Shown here piece by piece: positions 8,934 to 19,092 of a stretch of DNA of 64,000 bases. The notes below the pieces were generated by a model that saw only the letters and a list, made by a program, of their open reading frames with translations, did not search any database and had not been told where the DNA came from. The translations under genes were made by a program, and so were the position numbers. This DNA is from Candidatus Lustribacter sp. (GTDB lineage: Bacteria > Vulcanimicrobiota > Vulcanimicrobiia > Vulcanimicrobiales > Vulcanimicrobiaceae), in contig OZ255842.1 in the NCBI GenBank assembly GCA_965277805.1, positions 2,112,001 to 2,176,000 on the forward strand. The letters run 5' to 3'. The first letter of the stretch is position 1. Each line of letters opens with the position of its first letter.

Positions 8934-10019
8934 TTACCGCGAAGCGGAGAGAATCTCGACTTCTTTCTTCTGCCCTTCGAGCGCCTCGGGGTGCGCCGAC
9001 CACCAATTCATGTCGATCGTGGTGAACTTCACCCCGCTGCGCCGGTACGGCTCGAGAAACTGACTCGTCTTCGAGCCGGGAAGCATGTCGTTGTCCATGC
9101 GCATCGCGTCGTAAAACAGCGACTGCCCGGGCTGGCTCAACATGTAGAGCACGAACAGCACCGCGGCATTGGGGTGCGGCGTGTTCTTTGGAATCGCCAA
9201 GTAGTAGTAGCGGATCTGCGCGCCGTCGCTCGGGACGTAGAAGTTGACGGGCGCCCCCTTTTCCTTGAGCAAGCGCGGCCCTTGGCTCGAGCAGTCCTCG
9301 ACGAACGCCGCGTACTCGCCGCTGGCAATGCGATCGTCGTCGCCGCAGCGCACGAGGCCGGCCTGGAGTGAGACGAGCTTGCGCACCGCGTCGAGCGCTT
9401 TCGCTTGGCCCCAGAAATCGGTTGCCGAGAGCACGTCGAACCCGGACGCGTTCGGCGGCGTCGCGAGCTTACCGGTCCATTGCGGCGTCAGCAAGCCCTG
9501 GATCGTCGACGGCGGATGCGGCATCAGCGTCGGATTGTACACCACCACCGGAATCGACGTTCCCGTGCGAATGATCCGTCCGCCGCCTTCGATGAACGCG
9601 GGCGTGATGCGATGATCGCGCGCGAGCGACGGCCACGGCACGATGTAGAACATGTCGTGCGGCAAGAGCGGCGCGAGCGACTGCGCGGACGAAAACAGAA
9701 TGTCGCTCGACGATGGCTGCCCCGCGCTGAACTCGGTAAAGAGCTGATTTCCTTGCCGCGCCATCTCCGGGCCGGCCGCAAATCGATACGTCAGGTGCAA
9801 GCCCCAGAGCTTGTTGAACGCGTCCATATGCCGCCGCGCGACATCGGCATCGCCCATCACCGACGCGCTCCACGTCAGATCGATCGTCCCCTCGCGCGCC
9901 GCACCGGCGATGATCTCATTGAGATTCTTCCCAAGCTGGGCCCCCGACTGCGCCCGCACAGCAGACCCCATCAAAACCGCCAAAACAAGAAGCGTAGCGA
10001 ACCCGCGAATCCACCCCAT
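8934..10019 (-). CDS. Fe3+/thiamine-type ABC substrate-binding protein
   Basis: Signal peptide; GAAREG, YNP, PHPNAAVLFV; SD AGGAGG; divergent from permease and ATPase. Confidence 0.8.
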   Translation of the reverse strand: MGWIRGFATLLVLAVLMGSAVRAQSGAQLGKNLNEIIAGAAREGTIDLTWSASVMGDADVARRHMDAFNKLWGLHLTYRFAAGPEMARQGNQLFTEFSAGQPSSSDILFSSAQSLAPLLPHDMFYIVPWPSLARDHRITPAFIEGGGRIIRTGTSIPVVVYNPTLMPHPPSTIQGLLTPQWTGKLATPPNASGFDVLSATDFWGQAKALDAVRKLVSLQAGLVRCGDDDRIASGEYAAFVEDCSSQGPRLLKEKGAPVNFYVPSDGAQIRYYYLAIPKNTPHPNAAVLFVLYMLSQPGQSLFYDAMRMDNDMLPGSKTSQFLEPYRRSGVKFTTIDMNWWSAHPEALEGQKKEVEILSASR

Positions 10020-10038
10020 GCGATCCTCCTGACTGCTA

Positions 10039-10067
10039 TGTCATCCCGAGCTTGTCGAGGGACCGCC
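10039..10067 (+). repeat. REP-like element copy 2
   Basis: TGTCATCCCGAGCTTGTCGAGGGACCGCC in the divergent spacer. Confidence 0.92.
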
Positions 10068-10096
10068 GCGATCCTTGCCAAACCGACCCAACGGTA

Positions 10097-11818
10097 ATGA
10101 AAGACGCGGTATTGCCACGTCCGCGGAAGCGCGGCGGCGATCGTTCATTCGTCGTCGCGACCGGCGTCTTGGTCGCGATCGGCTCAGCGCTGATCCTCTG
10201 CCTGCTCGCGATCCTCGTGGCGCAAAGCCTCTCATCCAGCAGCAACTACGCCAACCTCGCCAGCCCCGCCGTCGTCCGCATTCTCCTCAATTCGGTCGAG
10301 CTCGCGGCGATCGCAACGGTTGTCGCCTTCTTCTTCGCGCTGCCCATCGCATGGCTCGTCGAACGCACAAACGTGCAAGGCAAAGCCGCAATCGTCAGCA
10401 TCATGCTCGTATCGATGCTTGTCCCCGGCTTCGCAATCGCCATGGGCTGGCTATTCTTACTCCACCCGCAGATCGGCTTGATCAACCGCCTCTCCGCCGC
10501 AGCCTTCGGCCCCTCGCACCCGGTACTCAACGTCGTCACGATCACCGGCATGGGCATCATCATGGGCTTCCAGCTCGCGCCGGTTGCGTTTCTGATGGTC
10601 AGCGCCGCACTGCGCTCGCTCGACTACCGGTTGGAAGAGGCCGCATCGATCGCCGGCGCTCCCGACGTCGCAGCGATTCGCCGCATCGTATTGCCCCTGA
10701 TCCGGCCGGCACTCGTGTCGTCGGCCATCTACGTGTTCATCATCGCGTTCGGCACGTTCGACGTTCCCGCCATCATCGGCTGGGGCAACCGCATCTTCAC
10801 CTTCAGCACCTACGTCTACCTCACAACGAATCCGCAAGCCGGCTTGCCCGATTACGGACGGGCCGGCGCGTTGAGCGTCGCCGTGCTGGGCGCCGCACTG
10901 CTGCTCACGGTCTGGTCGCGCTACCTCTCGCTCGACACCAAACGGTTCGCGGTGGTCTCGGGCAAAGGCTATCAGACCACGCAGCTCGCGCTCGGGCGCT
11001 GGGCGTTCCCGGCTTACGCGTTCGTCGCCGTCTACCTCATCATCGGCATCTTGCTTCCGCTGGCCATCGTGCTGTGGGAATCGTTTCTGCCGTTCGTGCA
11101 GCCGATCTCGGCGACGGCGCTGCACGTCGCGAACCTCGCCAACTACAACGCCATCTTCGGCGACGCGTTCTTCAGCGGGCTCGCCAACAGTGCGCTCTTG
11201 ATGCTCGTCGTGCCGCCGATCGTGCTCATCTTCAGCTTCGCCTTCTCCTGGATCGGCTTTCGCACGCAGCTGCGCGGGCGCGCCCTGCTCGACGGCATCG
11301 CATTCTTGCCGCACGCCGTCCCGAGCGTCATCATGGCCGTCGGCGTGATTCTACTCTCGCTCTATGGGCTCAACCATGTCGTCCAACTCTATGGGACGAT
11401 TTGGATCATCGTGCTGGCCTATAGCGTCAGCTGGGTGAGTTACGGTACGCGCATGACGAACTCGGGTTTGCTGCAACTCTCGCGCGAACTCGAGGAATCC
11501 GCGAACGTGAGCGGAGCGAACACCTGGGCGACGGTGCGGACGATCGTGCTGCCGCTGATCGCGCGCACGCTTTCGCTTGCCTGGGTGTATCTGGTAATCC
11601 TCGCCGGCCGCGAACTCACGCTCGCCGTGTTGCTGACGACGCCGGGAAACACGACCGTCCCCGCGTTCGTGTGGATTACGTGGCTCAACGGCGGCCTCAC
11701 CCGCGGCGCCGCTGCCACGGTGTGTTACCTCATCTGCCTCTCGCCGCTCATCGTCGGGTACAGCTTTCTGCTCAACCGCACGCGCCGTTCAAGCACCACC
11801 GTCGGGAGCCCGGTATGA
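10097..11818 (+). CDS. FbpB-type ABC permease (two fused halves)
   Basis: About 12 TM segments; two EAA loops (LEEAASIAGA, LEESANVSGA). Confidence 0.9.
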   Translation: MKDAVLPRPRKRGGDRSFVVATGVLVAIGSALILCLLAILVAQSLSSSSNYANLASPAVVRILLNSVELAAIATVVAFFFALPIAWLVERTNVQGKAAIVSIMLVSMLVPGFAIAMGWLFLLHPQIGLINRLSAAAFGPSHPVLNVVTITGMGIIMGFQLAPVAFLMVSAALRSLDYRLEEAASIAGAPDVAAIRRIVLPLIRPALVSSAIYVFIIAFGTFDVPAIIGWGNRIFTFSTYVYLTTNPQAGLPDYGRAGALSVAVLGAALLLTVWSRYLSLDTKRFAVVSGKGYQTTQLALGRWAFPAYAFVAVYLIIGILLPLAIVLWESFLPFVQPISATALHVANLANYNAIFGDAFFSGLANSALLMLVVPPIVLIFSFAFSWIGFRTQLRGRALLDGIAFLPHAVPSVIMAVGVILLSLYGLNHVVQLYGTIWIIVLAYSVSWVSYGTRMTNSGLLQLSRELEESANVSGANTWATVRTIVLPLIARTLSLAWVYLVILAGRELTLAVLLTTPGNTTVPAFVWITWLNGGLTRGAAATVCYLICLSPLIVGYSFLLNRTRRSSTTVGSPV

Positions 11819-12903
11819 TCTCGATTACCGACCTGCAGCAAGTCTACCGCGACGGCGCGACCACGCACGCGGCGCTGCGCGGCGTGAGCGTCGACGTTGC
11901 CGCCGGCGAATTCCTGGCGCTGCTCGGACCGAGCGGCTGCGGCAAAACGACGCTGCTGCGCTGCATCGCCGGGTTGACGGAACCCGAAAGCGGCACGATC
12001 GCAATCGACGGCGAGACCGTGTACTCCGCAACGGAGCAGATCAACGTCCCTGCGCGCATGCGCGACATCGGCATGGTGTTCCAGTCATACGCGATCTGGC
12101 CGCACATGACGGTCGCGCAAAATGCTGCGTTTCCGCTGCGCTACCGGCGCCCCGAACTCAACCCAACCCAAGTCCGCGAACGCACGGCCGAGGTCCTACG
12201 GCTCGTGCATCTCGACGCCCTAGCCGAACGCCCCGCGCCCGCGTTGAGCGGCGGTCAGCAGCAGCGCCTAGCGCTCGCGCGCGCCCTGATTTCCGACCCG
12301 AAGGTGCTGCTGCTCGACGAGCCGCTGAGCAACCTCGACGCGCGCTTACGCGAAGAGATGCGCTTCGAGCTGCGCGCGCTGACAAAACGCCTCGGCGTGA
12401 CGACCATCCTCGTGACGCACGAGCAAGCCGAAGCGCTGAGCCTCGCCGACGTCGTCGCGGTCATGGACGACGGCCGCTTCATGCAAATCTCGAGCCCGCG
12501 CGAACTCTACGACCGCCCGCGCACGGAATTCGTCGCCGGCTTCGTCGGCCGTGCGAACCTGATCCCTGCCGAAGTCATCGCCGGCGCCGTCAACGGTTCG
12601 CCCCAGTGGGTCTCCGTCTCAACCCCCTACGGCATCGTCGAATGCTACACCGAACGCCCGCGCACCACCGGCGAACGCGCCACCCTAGCCGTCCAACCCG
12701 AATCAATATCCATCGCACCACCAAGCGACGGCACCGCAATCGGCACGATCGAAGGCGCAGCCTTCATCGGCGACGCCACCGAACTCGTCATCCGCATAAA
12801 CGAATCAATCCTAATCGCCAAAGTAACCACCGCCAACGCCCCCGCACCAGGCGCGACCGTAACAATCCGTATCCAATCCCAAACGTGCACGTTACTGAAT
12901 TAG
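11815..12903 (+). CDS. ABC ATP-binding protein (FbpC/PotA type, C-terminal TOBE)
   Basis: GPSGCGKT, LSGGQQQR, LLLDEP; ATGA overlap with permease. Confidence 0.93.
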   Translation: MISITDLQQVYRDGATTHAALRGVSVDVAAGEFLALLGPSGCGKTTLLRCIAGLTEPESGTIAIDGETVYSATEQINVPARMRDIGMVFQSYAIWPHMTVAQNAAFPLRYRRPELNPTQVRERTAEVLRLVHLDALAERPAPALSGGQQQRLALARALISDPKVLLLDEPLSNLDARLREEMRFELRALTKRLGVTTILVTHEQAEALSLADVVAVMDDGRFMQISSPRELYDRPRTEFVAGFVGRANLIPAEVIAGAVNGSPQWVSVSTPYGIVECYTERPRTTGERATLAVQPESISIAPPSDGTAIGTIEGAAFIGDATELVIRINESILIAKVTTANAPAPGATVTIRIQSQTCTLLN

Positions 12904-12942
12904 CAACGCTTCACTGAATTAGCAAGGCAGACGCCCCCCAAC

Positions 12943-12971
12943 TGTCATCCCGAGCTTGTCGAGGGACCGCC
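12943..12971 (+). repeat. REP-like element copy 3
   Basis: Consensus copy between convergent genes. Confidence 0.92.
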
Positions 12972-12991
12972 ACCATCGCGCCCGCTAGGCG

Positions 12992-13975
12992 CTAAATTCT
13001 AGCGAACAGCTCGTCAACGCTGAGGTGCCGCTTCGTATACCCCTGCTCGTACCCATAGCGCGCAAACGCCGCAATCCCATCGCGATTCCCGTCAAGCCCA
13101 TGCGTATACATCGTCGGCCCCAACAACCGCCGCTGCCGCTCAAGCGCCTCAATCCCACCAAACACGCTAAGAAACTTCGGTTTGAGATACGCCTTATCCA
13201 CGAGCGCTTGCGCGTTACGGAAAGCCTCGACCCAACTCCCGACAATCCACGGCTCGCGCTCGAGCAAATCTTCGTGCACAACGACAACATGCGTCATCGG
13301 CGCACACCCGATCGTCCGAATATGCGCTTCACCCTCCGCAATATGATCTGCAAAGATCCGGCGAATCCGCGGATCGCCCGCATTGAACGCCGGCGGAGCA
13401 TTCGGCAAGAACAGCGCATCGACGCGCCCTTCGAGCAACATCTTCTCCGGATCGCCCGCGTTGAAGTTCACCTTCACGCCGTCCGGAAAAACATAACCCG
13501 CGCCTTCATCCTCGAGGCTCGAGAACCACTCGCAGTCTTGCGGCTTGAGCCCATAGCGATCGCCGCAGATGCCGCGCAGCCAAAGGTTCACCGTCAGCCG
13601 GTACGCTTCGCTGCCGATACGGCGGCCCTTGAGCTCGGCCGGCGACTGATACGGAGAATCCGAACGAACGTAGATGTGCGAGAGCGGCGGCATGCGCAGC
13701 GGAAAGATCGGCAACGCCCACACCGGCTCCCCACGATCGCGCGCCATGATATACCACGAGAACGACATCTCCGTCACATCGAAATCGAGATACACCGGCC
13801 GCAAACAGAACTCGCCGCCCTCAGCCAGCGAGTACGTGGGCGAAATCCCAGGCACCTTAACCATGCCGTCGGAAAGCGGCCGCGTTCGGTCGTAATCGCA
13901 AAACGCAACGTTCAGCGGTAAGCTAAGCCGCGGCAGCCCCTCGACACCAGTCGTCCGCTCGTTCAAAAGCTCCAT
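12992..13975 (-). CDS. 4,5-dihydroxyphthalate decarboxylase-like (SBP fold) protein
   Basis: DYDRTRPL.DG, FDVTEMSFS, LPIFPLR, LKGRRIG, WLRGI, YGYEQG. Confidence 0.8.
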   Translation of the reverse strand: MELLNERTTGVEGLPRLSLPLNVAFCDYDRTRPLSDGMVKVPGISPTYSLAEGGEFCLRPVYLDFDVTEMSFSWYIMARDRGEPVWALPIFPLRMPPLSHIYVRSDSPYQSPAELKGRRIGSEAYRLTVNLWLRGICGDRYGLKPQDCEWFSSLEDEGAGYVFPDGVKVNFNAGDPEKMLLEGRVDALFLPNAPPAFNAGDPRIRRIFADHIAEGEAHIRTIGCAPMTHVVVVHEDLLEREPWIVGSWVEAFRNAQALVDKAYLKPKFLSVFGGIEALERQRRLLGPTMYTHGLDGNRDGIAAFARYGYEQGYTKRHLSVDELFARI

Positions 13976-14003
13976 CCCGAAAGATTCGCCCGCAGGCCCC
14001 TCC

Positions 14004-14032
14004 TGTCATCCCGAGCTCGTCGAGGGGCCGCC
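14004..14032 (+). repeat. REP-like element copy 4
   Basis: TGTCATCCCGAGCTCGTCGAGGGGCCGCC; contains the MFS stop codon. Confidence 0.9.
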
Positions 14033-15256
14033 CCCGGACACGCCCAGTTCGTGATCGATATTGCCGATCAAAAACGCGATCGGAAGACAGCCGAGGATGA
14101 GCGCCACGCCGGCGGCGACGAGCAGCGGCACGAGGAAGCTGCCGCTGCTCGTGACCAGAAGTCCGGTGACGATCGGCGCGAACGAGCCGCCGACGTTTCC
14201 GCCGAAGTTATGCAAGGCCGCCAGGGATCCGACGAGTTTGGGCGGCGCGATGTCCACCGGAATCGCCTGAAGCGCCGCCGTCGAAAAACTGAACCCCGCC
14301 ACGGCCAGCGTCAACGACGTGACGGCTGCGAATGTCCCGGCGGCAAACGCTCCATAGATCGTAAAGACCGTTGCCGCGATGAGACCCGCGATCGAGATGC
14401 TCTTGCGCGCGATCGTGACGCGCATTCCCCGCGCGATCAGTGCGTCGCCCAACCAGCCACCGATGATCGTGACGACGAAACCCACAACGAACGGCAGCAT
14501 CCCGACGAAGCCGCTGTTCAAGATCGAGAGATGCCGCTGAAGAACGAGATAGCCCGGCAGCCACGTTGCAAAGACGTAGTAAATGTAGAGATAGCCGGCA
14601 TTCCCGAGCATCATGCCCCACGTCGTGCGATAGCGCAGCAACTGCGCCCACGCGAACGGTTCGCTCGTTCCGGGCAAGCCCGCGGGGCGGTAGACAGCGA
14701 GAAACAGCACGACCCAAACGATGCCGAGCAAGCCGGTGAGGTAAAACACCCACGGCAATCCCAGCGCGTGCAAAATGATCGCGGCGAAGGGAATGCCGAG
14801 TGCGAGGCCGATCTTGTTGCCGGCAAAAAACGCTCCGACTGCCCGGGTTCGTTCGTTGATCGGAAACGATTCACGAATCACGCGCTGGCCGGCTGGAATC
14901 ATCGGTCCCTCGCCGATGCCGACGAGGGCGCGAAAAACGGCGAGCGGCGCGAAGGCCGTCGTCACGCCGCAGAGGATCGTCCCGACCGACCACGCCGTCA
15001 CGCCCGCCCCGTATGCAATGCGCGGGCGCACCCGATCGACGAACGGTCCTGCGAAAAGAATCGCGACGGTGAAGACCCAGTTGAAGATCGAGAAGAGCAC
15101 GCCCAGACTCGCCGCGCTGTAGCCGAAGTCTCGAATGAGCACCGGCGCCGCAACGGACAGGTTGACGCGGTCGATATAGGCGATCGTTTGTGCGGCCACC
15201 AGCAGCGTTAAGATCCGCCACAAGTATCCGCGAGCTGGGGCCATCGGGTTCACCAT
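14006..15256 (-). CDS. MFS transporter (ACS/hexuronate-phthalate type)
   Basis: YIDRVNLSVAAP, RALVGIGEGP, 12 TM; C-terminal GGPSTSSG encoded by REP. Confidence 0.9.
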   Translation of the reverse strand: MVNPMAPARGYLWRILTLLVAAQTIAYIDRVNLSVAAPVLIRDFGYSAASLGVLFSIFNWVFTVAILFAGPFVDRVRPRIAYGAGVTAWSVGTILCGVTTAFAPLAVFRALVGIGEGPMIPAGQRVIRESFPINERTRAVGAFFAGNKIGLALGIPFAAIILHALGLPWVFYLTGLLGIVWVVLFLAVYRPAGLPGTSEPFAWAQLLRYRTTWGMMLGNAGYLYIYYVFATWLPGYLVLQRHLSILNSGFVGMLPFVVGFVVTIIGGWLGDALIARGMRVTIARKSISIAGLIAATVFTIYGAFAAGTFAAVTSLTLAVAGFSFSTAALQAIPVDIAPPKLVGSLAALHNFGGNVGGSFAPIVTGLLVTSSGSFLVPLLVAAGVALILGCLPIAFLIGNIDHELGVSGGGPSTSSG

Positions 15257-15313
15257 CGACGTTTACCCAAGCGGCTGCTCGTATAAGCCGCACCGCTCGG
15301 GTATACTCTCCCA

Positions 15314-15766
15314 ATGAGAGCAATCTGCCTGTGGGACGGTTCGGGTCGCGCGATGGCGGCGCTGCAACAGGTCGTCCCCTTGTTTCGAGCACAGGCGCTC
15401 TCCCACGTCGAGATCATGATGCTCGTGTGGCCGCAGCGCGACAGCGCCATGTGGCGCGATATCCTCGAACGCCAAGTCGTCACAAGCGATCTGCACCGCG
15501 CAGCGGCCGAGATCTCGACCGAATACGGCGAGCGCCTGCGCAAGACCATTCTGCCGACAGCAGAGACGGTGCACGTGTCGATCGTCGACGCGGACACCGT
15601 GCCCGCCGTCAGAAAGGCCGTTGTCGAGCTTCGAGCCGACATCATCTTCCTCGTGCTAGGAAGCGTCAAGCCCGACAGCCAGGTCGCCAACAATCTGCGC
15701 GAGATCCTGCACGAAAACATCGTCCCGCTCTGGGTCCTACACGCCCCTGCCCGACCGGCGGCTTAG
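15314..15766 (+). CDS. Universal-stress-protein-like protein
   Basis: WDGS near N-terminus, ADIIFL, PLWVL at C-terminus; TATACT 6 nt before ATG. Confidence 0.6.
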   Translation: MRAICLWDGSGRAMAALQQVVPLFRAQALSHVEIMMLVWPQRDSAMWRDILERQVVTSDLHRAAAEISTEYGERLRKTILPTAETVHVSIVDADTVPAVRKAVVELRADIIFLVLGSVKPDSQVANNLREILHENIVPLWVLHAPARPAA

Positions 15767-16395
15767 CGGCGGAGCTTGCTCTTTAAGTAAAGGGCCGTCA
15801 TCGCGCGCAGTTCCGCGATGGCGCCCGCGTTCTGCTCAACGTCGAGCGATTTTATCGCCTTCATATTCTGCAACAACACGACCGCCATGTCGTTCGCCAT
15901 CGCATCGCTGAGCGTGGCATCGCGAAGCTTCAGCGAAGTGACGACACCGCGCAGCGACCGATCGTGGAATTCTCCCCGCCACGTATTCGCATCCGAGCGC
16001 GCATCGAGCAGGGCAATGATGCACGGCGACTCGCCGCGCACGCTGGCAAAAACGTCGAGCAAATCATCCGCAAATTCCTCAACGCTCGACGACCCCGCCC
16101 GCCGATCGGCTTTCTCAAACGCCGCATCCACCAGTTCCCGATACCGCACGATGAGCGCATCCGCCAACGCGTCCTTATTCGGAAAAAACCGGTAGAGCGA
16201 GCCAATCTGCGCGCCCGCCCGGGACGCAATTTCGGCCATCGTCGCCGCCTCGAACCCGCGCTCGGCGATCACGTCAGCGCCCGCCCGCAGCAATTCTGCG
16301 ACCCGGCGCTTGCCCGTACTCCTCTGCGGTTCGAGAGCTGCTCGCCCGCGCGCCTCAGCGATTTTTGCCAAATTCGTCTCGGATTGTGAAACCAT
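15763..16395 (-). CDS. TetR-family regulator
   Basis: PQRS.G.RR...GFEAATMAEIASRAGAQIGSLYRFFPNK. Confidence 0.92.
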   Translation of the reverse strand: MVSQSETNLAKIAEARGRAALEPQRSTGKRRVAELLRAGADVIAERGFEAATMAEIASRAGAQIGSLYRFFPNKDALADALIVRYRELVDAAFEKADRRAGSSSVEEFADDLLDVFASVRGESPCIIALLDARSDANTWRGEFHDRSLRGVVTSLKLRDATLSDAMANDMAVVLLQNMKAIKSLDVEQNAGAIAELRAMTALYLKSKLRR

Positions 16396-16402
16396 AAGTA
16401 AT

Positions 16403-16443
16403 TTGAGGATGTCCTCAAGTACAATGCTTGAGGATACACTCAT
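16403..16443. promoter_or_regulatory. Two tandem TetR-type operators
   Basis: Palindrome TTGAGGA-TG-TCCTCAA (16403-16418) and degenerate TTGAGGATACACTCAT (16428-16443) just upstream of tetR. Confidence 0.7.
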
Positions 16444-16457
16444 CTATAACCCACCCA

Positions 16458-16816
16458 ATGCGCTACCCTTTGCAGCGCTGCTGAAAGCCGATCTCGAGGA
16501 CGACGGGCTGGAGTTCTACCTCCGCATGTCCCGCGACATCGAAACGGTGGCCGCCGAAACGGAGCGTCGCACGGACGGCGCCGACCTTGCCGACGCCCTC
16601 CTAACCGCGCTGGTCGCGACCCCGGCGGGGCGCACGGCGTCCTGGCGGCAGTTCTACCGGGGCGTCCGACGGCTCGTCGCCGGATTCGCGCCCCGCGAAC
16701 ACGTGCCGGCGTTCAAGCGCCTGCGCCAGTTCGTCCGCGAAAATGCCGACCTCGCCGAGACCCTCGCAATCGTCCACCTCGAACGGGACGCCTACCACCG
16801 AGCCATCAGCGCCTAG
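16458..16816 (+). CDS. Hypothetical helical protein, apparently frameshifted near its start
   Basis: TATAAC-N7-ATG at 16458 is out of frame by one base with the long ORF (PFAALLKADLEDDG...); alternative in-frame ATG at 16424. Confidence 0.5.
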
Positions 16817-16823
16817 CCGCCCA

Positions 16824-16852
16824 TGTCATCCCGAGCTTGTCGAGGGACCGCC
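16824..16852 (+). repeat. REP-like element copy 5
   Basis: Consensus copy; contains the Rieske oxygenase stop codon. Confidence 0.92.
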
Positions 16853-17893
16853 ACCAGACTCGCTTGACTGCAGCTTCGCCAACACGCGCTGCACGCGCGT
16901 TGCGCCCGCATCGACGGAGAACAGTGCCGGACGGCGTCCGGGCCGGCTATCCATGCGCGCCTGCTGAGCTTCGATCATCGGCTTGTCCTGTTCGGCGAAC
17001 GCAAAGCGCCGCGCCGCCGAGATCGTCTCGCGCAGTGCGAGATCGTCTTCGCGCGAGCGCGGCTGAACGCCGAACCGCACCGCAGCAAAATGGTAGTGCG
17101 TCGAGCGCCGGCTCTCGGGCGTGAGCAAGTGGAGCCCGAAGTAGCCCGCGCCGCTCGCCTTCTCGCTCCCCGGTGCGCGGACGCCCGTATCGAGAATCAT
17201 GCACCCCACCGGCATCCAGTGCATCTCGGTCCAGCTATCCACATTCTTGCCGTCGGCACGAAAGAGCGCATCGAACAGCGACGGCACTGCCGCGTCATAG
17301 GCCCAACGCGAGATCATGACGTGATCGCCGATCTGCGTGACGTCGACGGCGTCGTCGACGGATCCGCTCAGCACGCCGCCGTGCAGAAACGGAACGTGGC
17401 TCAGGTCGAGCAGATTGTTGGTGATGATCTCATAGTCGGCGTCGATCGTCATGTAGTCGCGCACGCTGATGTGCAGCGGATCGGCCTCGTCGAGCAGATG
17501 GTAGTCGGGAATATCGTCCACGTTCCCATCGCCGGACCCCATCCAAATCCACGCCAGCGAGTAGCGCTCGACGACGCGGTACGGTCGCGCCTTCGCCGTG
17601 GGCGGTATCTTGTGGTCCCCGTGCGGATTGTACACGCACGACCCGGTACGATCGAAGTGCAGCCCGTGATAGCCGCATTCGAGGATATCGCCTTCGAGCA
17701 GATGCCCGCGCGAGAGCGGCGCAAACCGGTGCGGGCACATGTCTTCCAGCCCGACAACCCCTCCCGCCGCGTCGCGGAAAAAGACGATCGGTTCTTCGAG
17801 AATCGTCCGCGCGAGCAAAGCACCGGGTGCAAGATCGGCCGACCAGAAGGCAACGTACCAGGCGTTGCGGATGAACGGTCCGGTCGCATCCAT
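16826..17893 (-). CDS. Rieske non-heme iron oxygenase alpha subunit (VanA/dicamba O-demethylase-like)
   Basis: RNAWYV, CPHR...CGYH Rieske ligands, NLLDLSHVPFLH, EQD. Confidence 0.9.
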   Translation of the reverse strand: MDATGPFIRNAWYVAFWSADLAPGALLARTILEEPIVFFRDAAGGVVGLEDMCPHRFAPLSRGHLLEGDILECGYHGLHFDRTGSCVYNPHGDHKIPPTAKARPYRVVERYSLAWIWMGSGDGNVDDIPDYHLLDEADPLHISVRDYMTIDADYEIITNNLLDLSHVPFLHGGVLSGSVDDAVDVTQIGDHVMISRWAYDAAVPSLFDALFRADGKNVDSWTEMHWMPVGCMILDTGVRAPGSEKASGAGYFGLHLLTPESRRSTHYHFAAVRFGVQPRSREDDLALRETISAARRFAFAEQDKPMIEAQQARMDSRPGRRPALFSVDAGATRVQRVLAKLQSSESGGGPSTSSG

Positions 17894-19092
17894 TATTTGG
17901 CGAGGCCCAATCGAATGCCGGTTTTGAGCGGCGTTCCGCCGGGCTTGCTCACCGCGACGAACGTTGCCTTCGCGGGGTCGTACTCGACCATCATCACGCC
18001 GTCGTCGGAAATACCGTGCATGTTGCCGGTGGTAAAGTCGTACGTCCCGCCGATGCCGGCCATGCCGCGCACGTGCAAGATGTAGTCACGCAACTGCGCG
18101 GCGGTGGCGTTCGTGCCGAGCTTTCGCAAGCCCGCAACGATCAGGCTGGCCGGATCCCACGCGTAGTTATCGTTCGGGGTCATGATCGCACCGGCGGCAC
18201 TGTAAGCGGTCCGGTAGATCTGCAGCGCTTTGGCGAACTTGCCGGCTTGGGAGAGATCAAGTCCCCACGACGGCGGTGCATTGAAGGCCACCTGCACCGG
18301 GAGCGAATCATTGAACGGAGATAACACCTTCAAGTCCATGTTCGCACTCGACGTAACGACCGGCGTCTTCATGCCGGCATTCGCCATGCTGCGCAACACC
18401 GTCTGAAACGCCGCGCCGTTCGAATTCACGTACAGGTATTCCGGCCGCGCCGCTTTGAGGCGTGCGATCTGCGCGTCAATCGTCAACGCGCCAGGGTCGA
18501 AATGCTCGAGGTCGACGACTTCCATCCCTTTGAGGTCGGGATTCGTCATCGCGACGGCGAGCAATTTCTCACTGTTCATGCCGGTCGCGTCGGTCATGAC
18601 GATCACGCCGAGACGCTTGGTGCCTTGATCGTGCACGTACTTGAGCGAGACATGCTGCGTGTGCGTGATGTACGCCCCGGCTCCGAAGAGATACGTGCCG
18701 GTCTCACCCGGAAAGCCCGGCGAGAAGCAGTACTCGATGGGACCGTTGGCGGAAGCGAGCGGCGCGACCGCGTTGCATTCCTGTTGATTGCTCGGACCCA
18801 AAACGACCGGCACGTGCTTGGCCACGATCTGGTTGTAAAGTTGCACGGCGAGTTGCGGCTGCGACTGGTTATCGAGCACCTCGAAGTGCACGGGCCGGCC
18901 GTTGATGCCGCCATCCCGGTTCACGACCTTCTCGTACACGCCGAGCGCCGTCGCCATTTCCTGACCGAAATACGCGGCCGGCCCCGTCAACGGTGAGATC
19001 GCGTAAACCGTATACGGGTCCGGCGTCGCAGCACGCCCGCTTGCCGTCAAGAGCGCGAGCGCAAGCGCGAATCCGGCCAGTGGCTTCAGCAT
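17893..19092 (-). CDS. LivJ-type ABC substrate-binding protein
   Basis: Signal peptide; LTGPAAYFG, VN..GGINGRP. Confidence 0.88.
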   Translation of the reverse strand: MLKPLAGFALALALLTASGRAATPDPYTVYAISPLTGPAAYFGQEMATALGVYEKVVNRDGGINGRPVHFEVLDNQSQPQLAVQLYNQIVAKHVPVVLGPSNQQECNAVAPLASANGPIEYCFSPGFPGETGTYLFGAGAYITHTQHVSLKYVHDQGTKRLGVIVMTDATGMNSEKLLAVAMTNPDLKGMEVVDLEHFDPGALTIDAQIARLKAARPEYLYVNSNGAAFQTVLRSMANAGMKTPVVTSSANMDLKVLSPFNDSLPVQVAFNAPPSWGLDLSQAGKFAKALQIYRTAYSAAGAIMTPNDNYAWDPASLIVAGLRKLGTNATAAQLRDYILHVRGMAGIGGTYDFTTGNMHGISDDGVMMVEYDPAKATFVAVSKPGGTPLKTGIRLGLAK

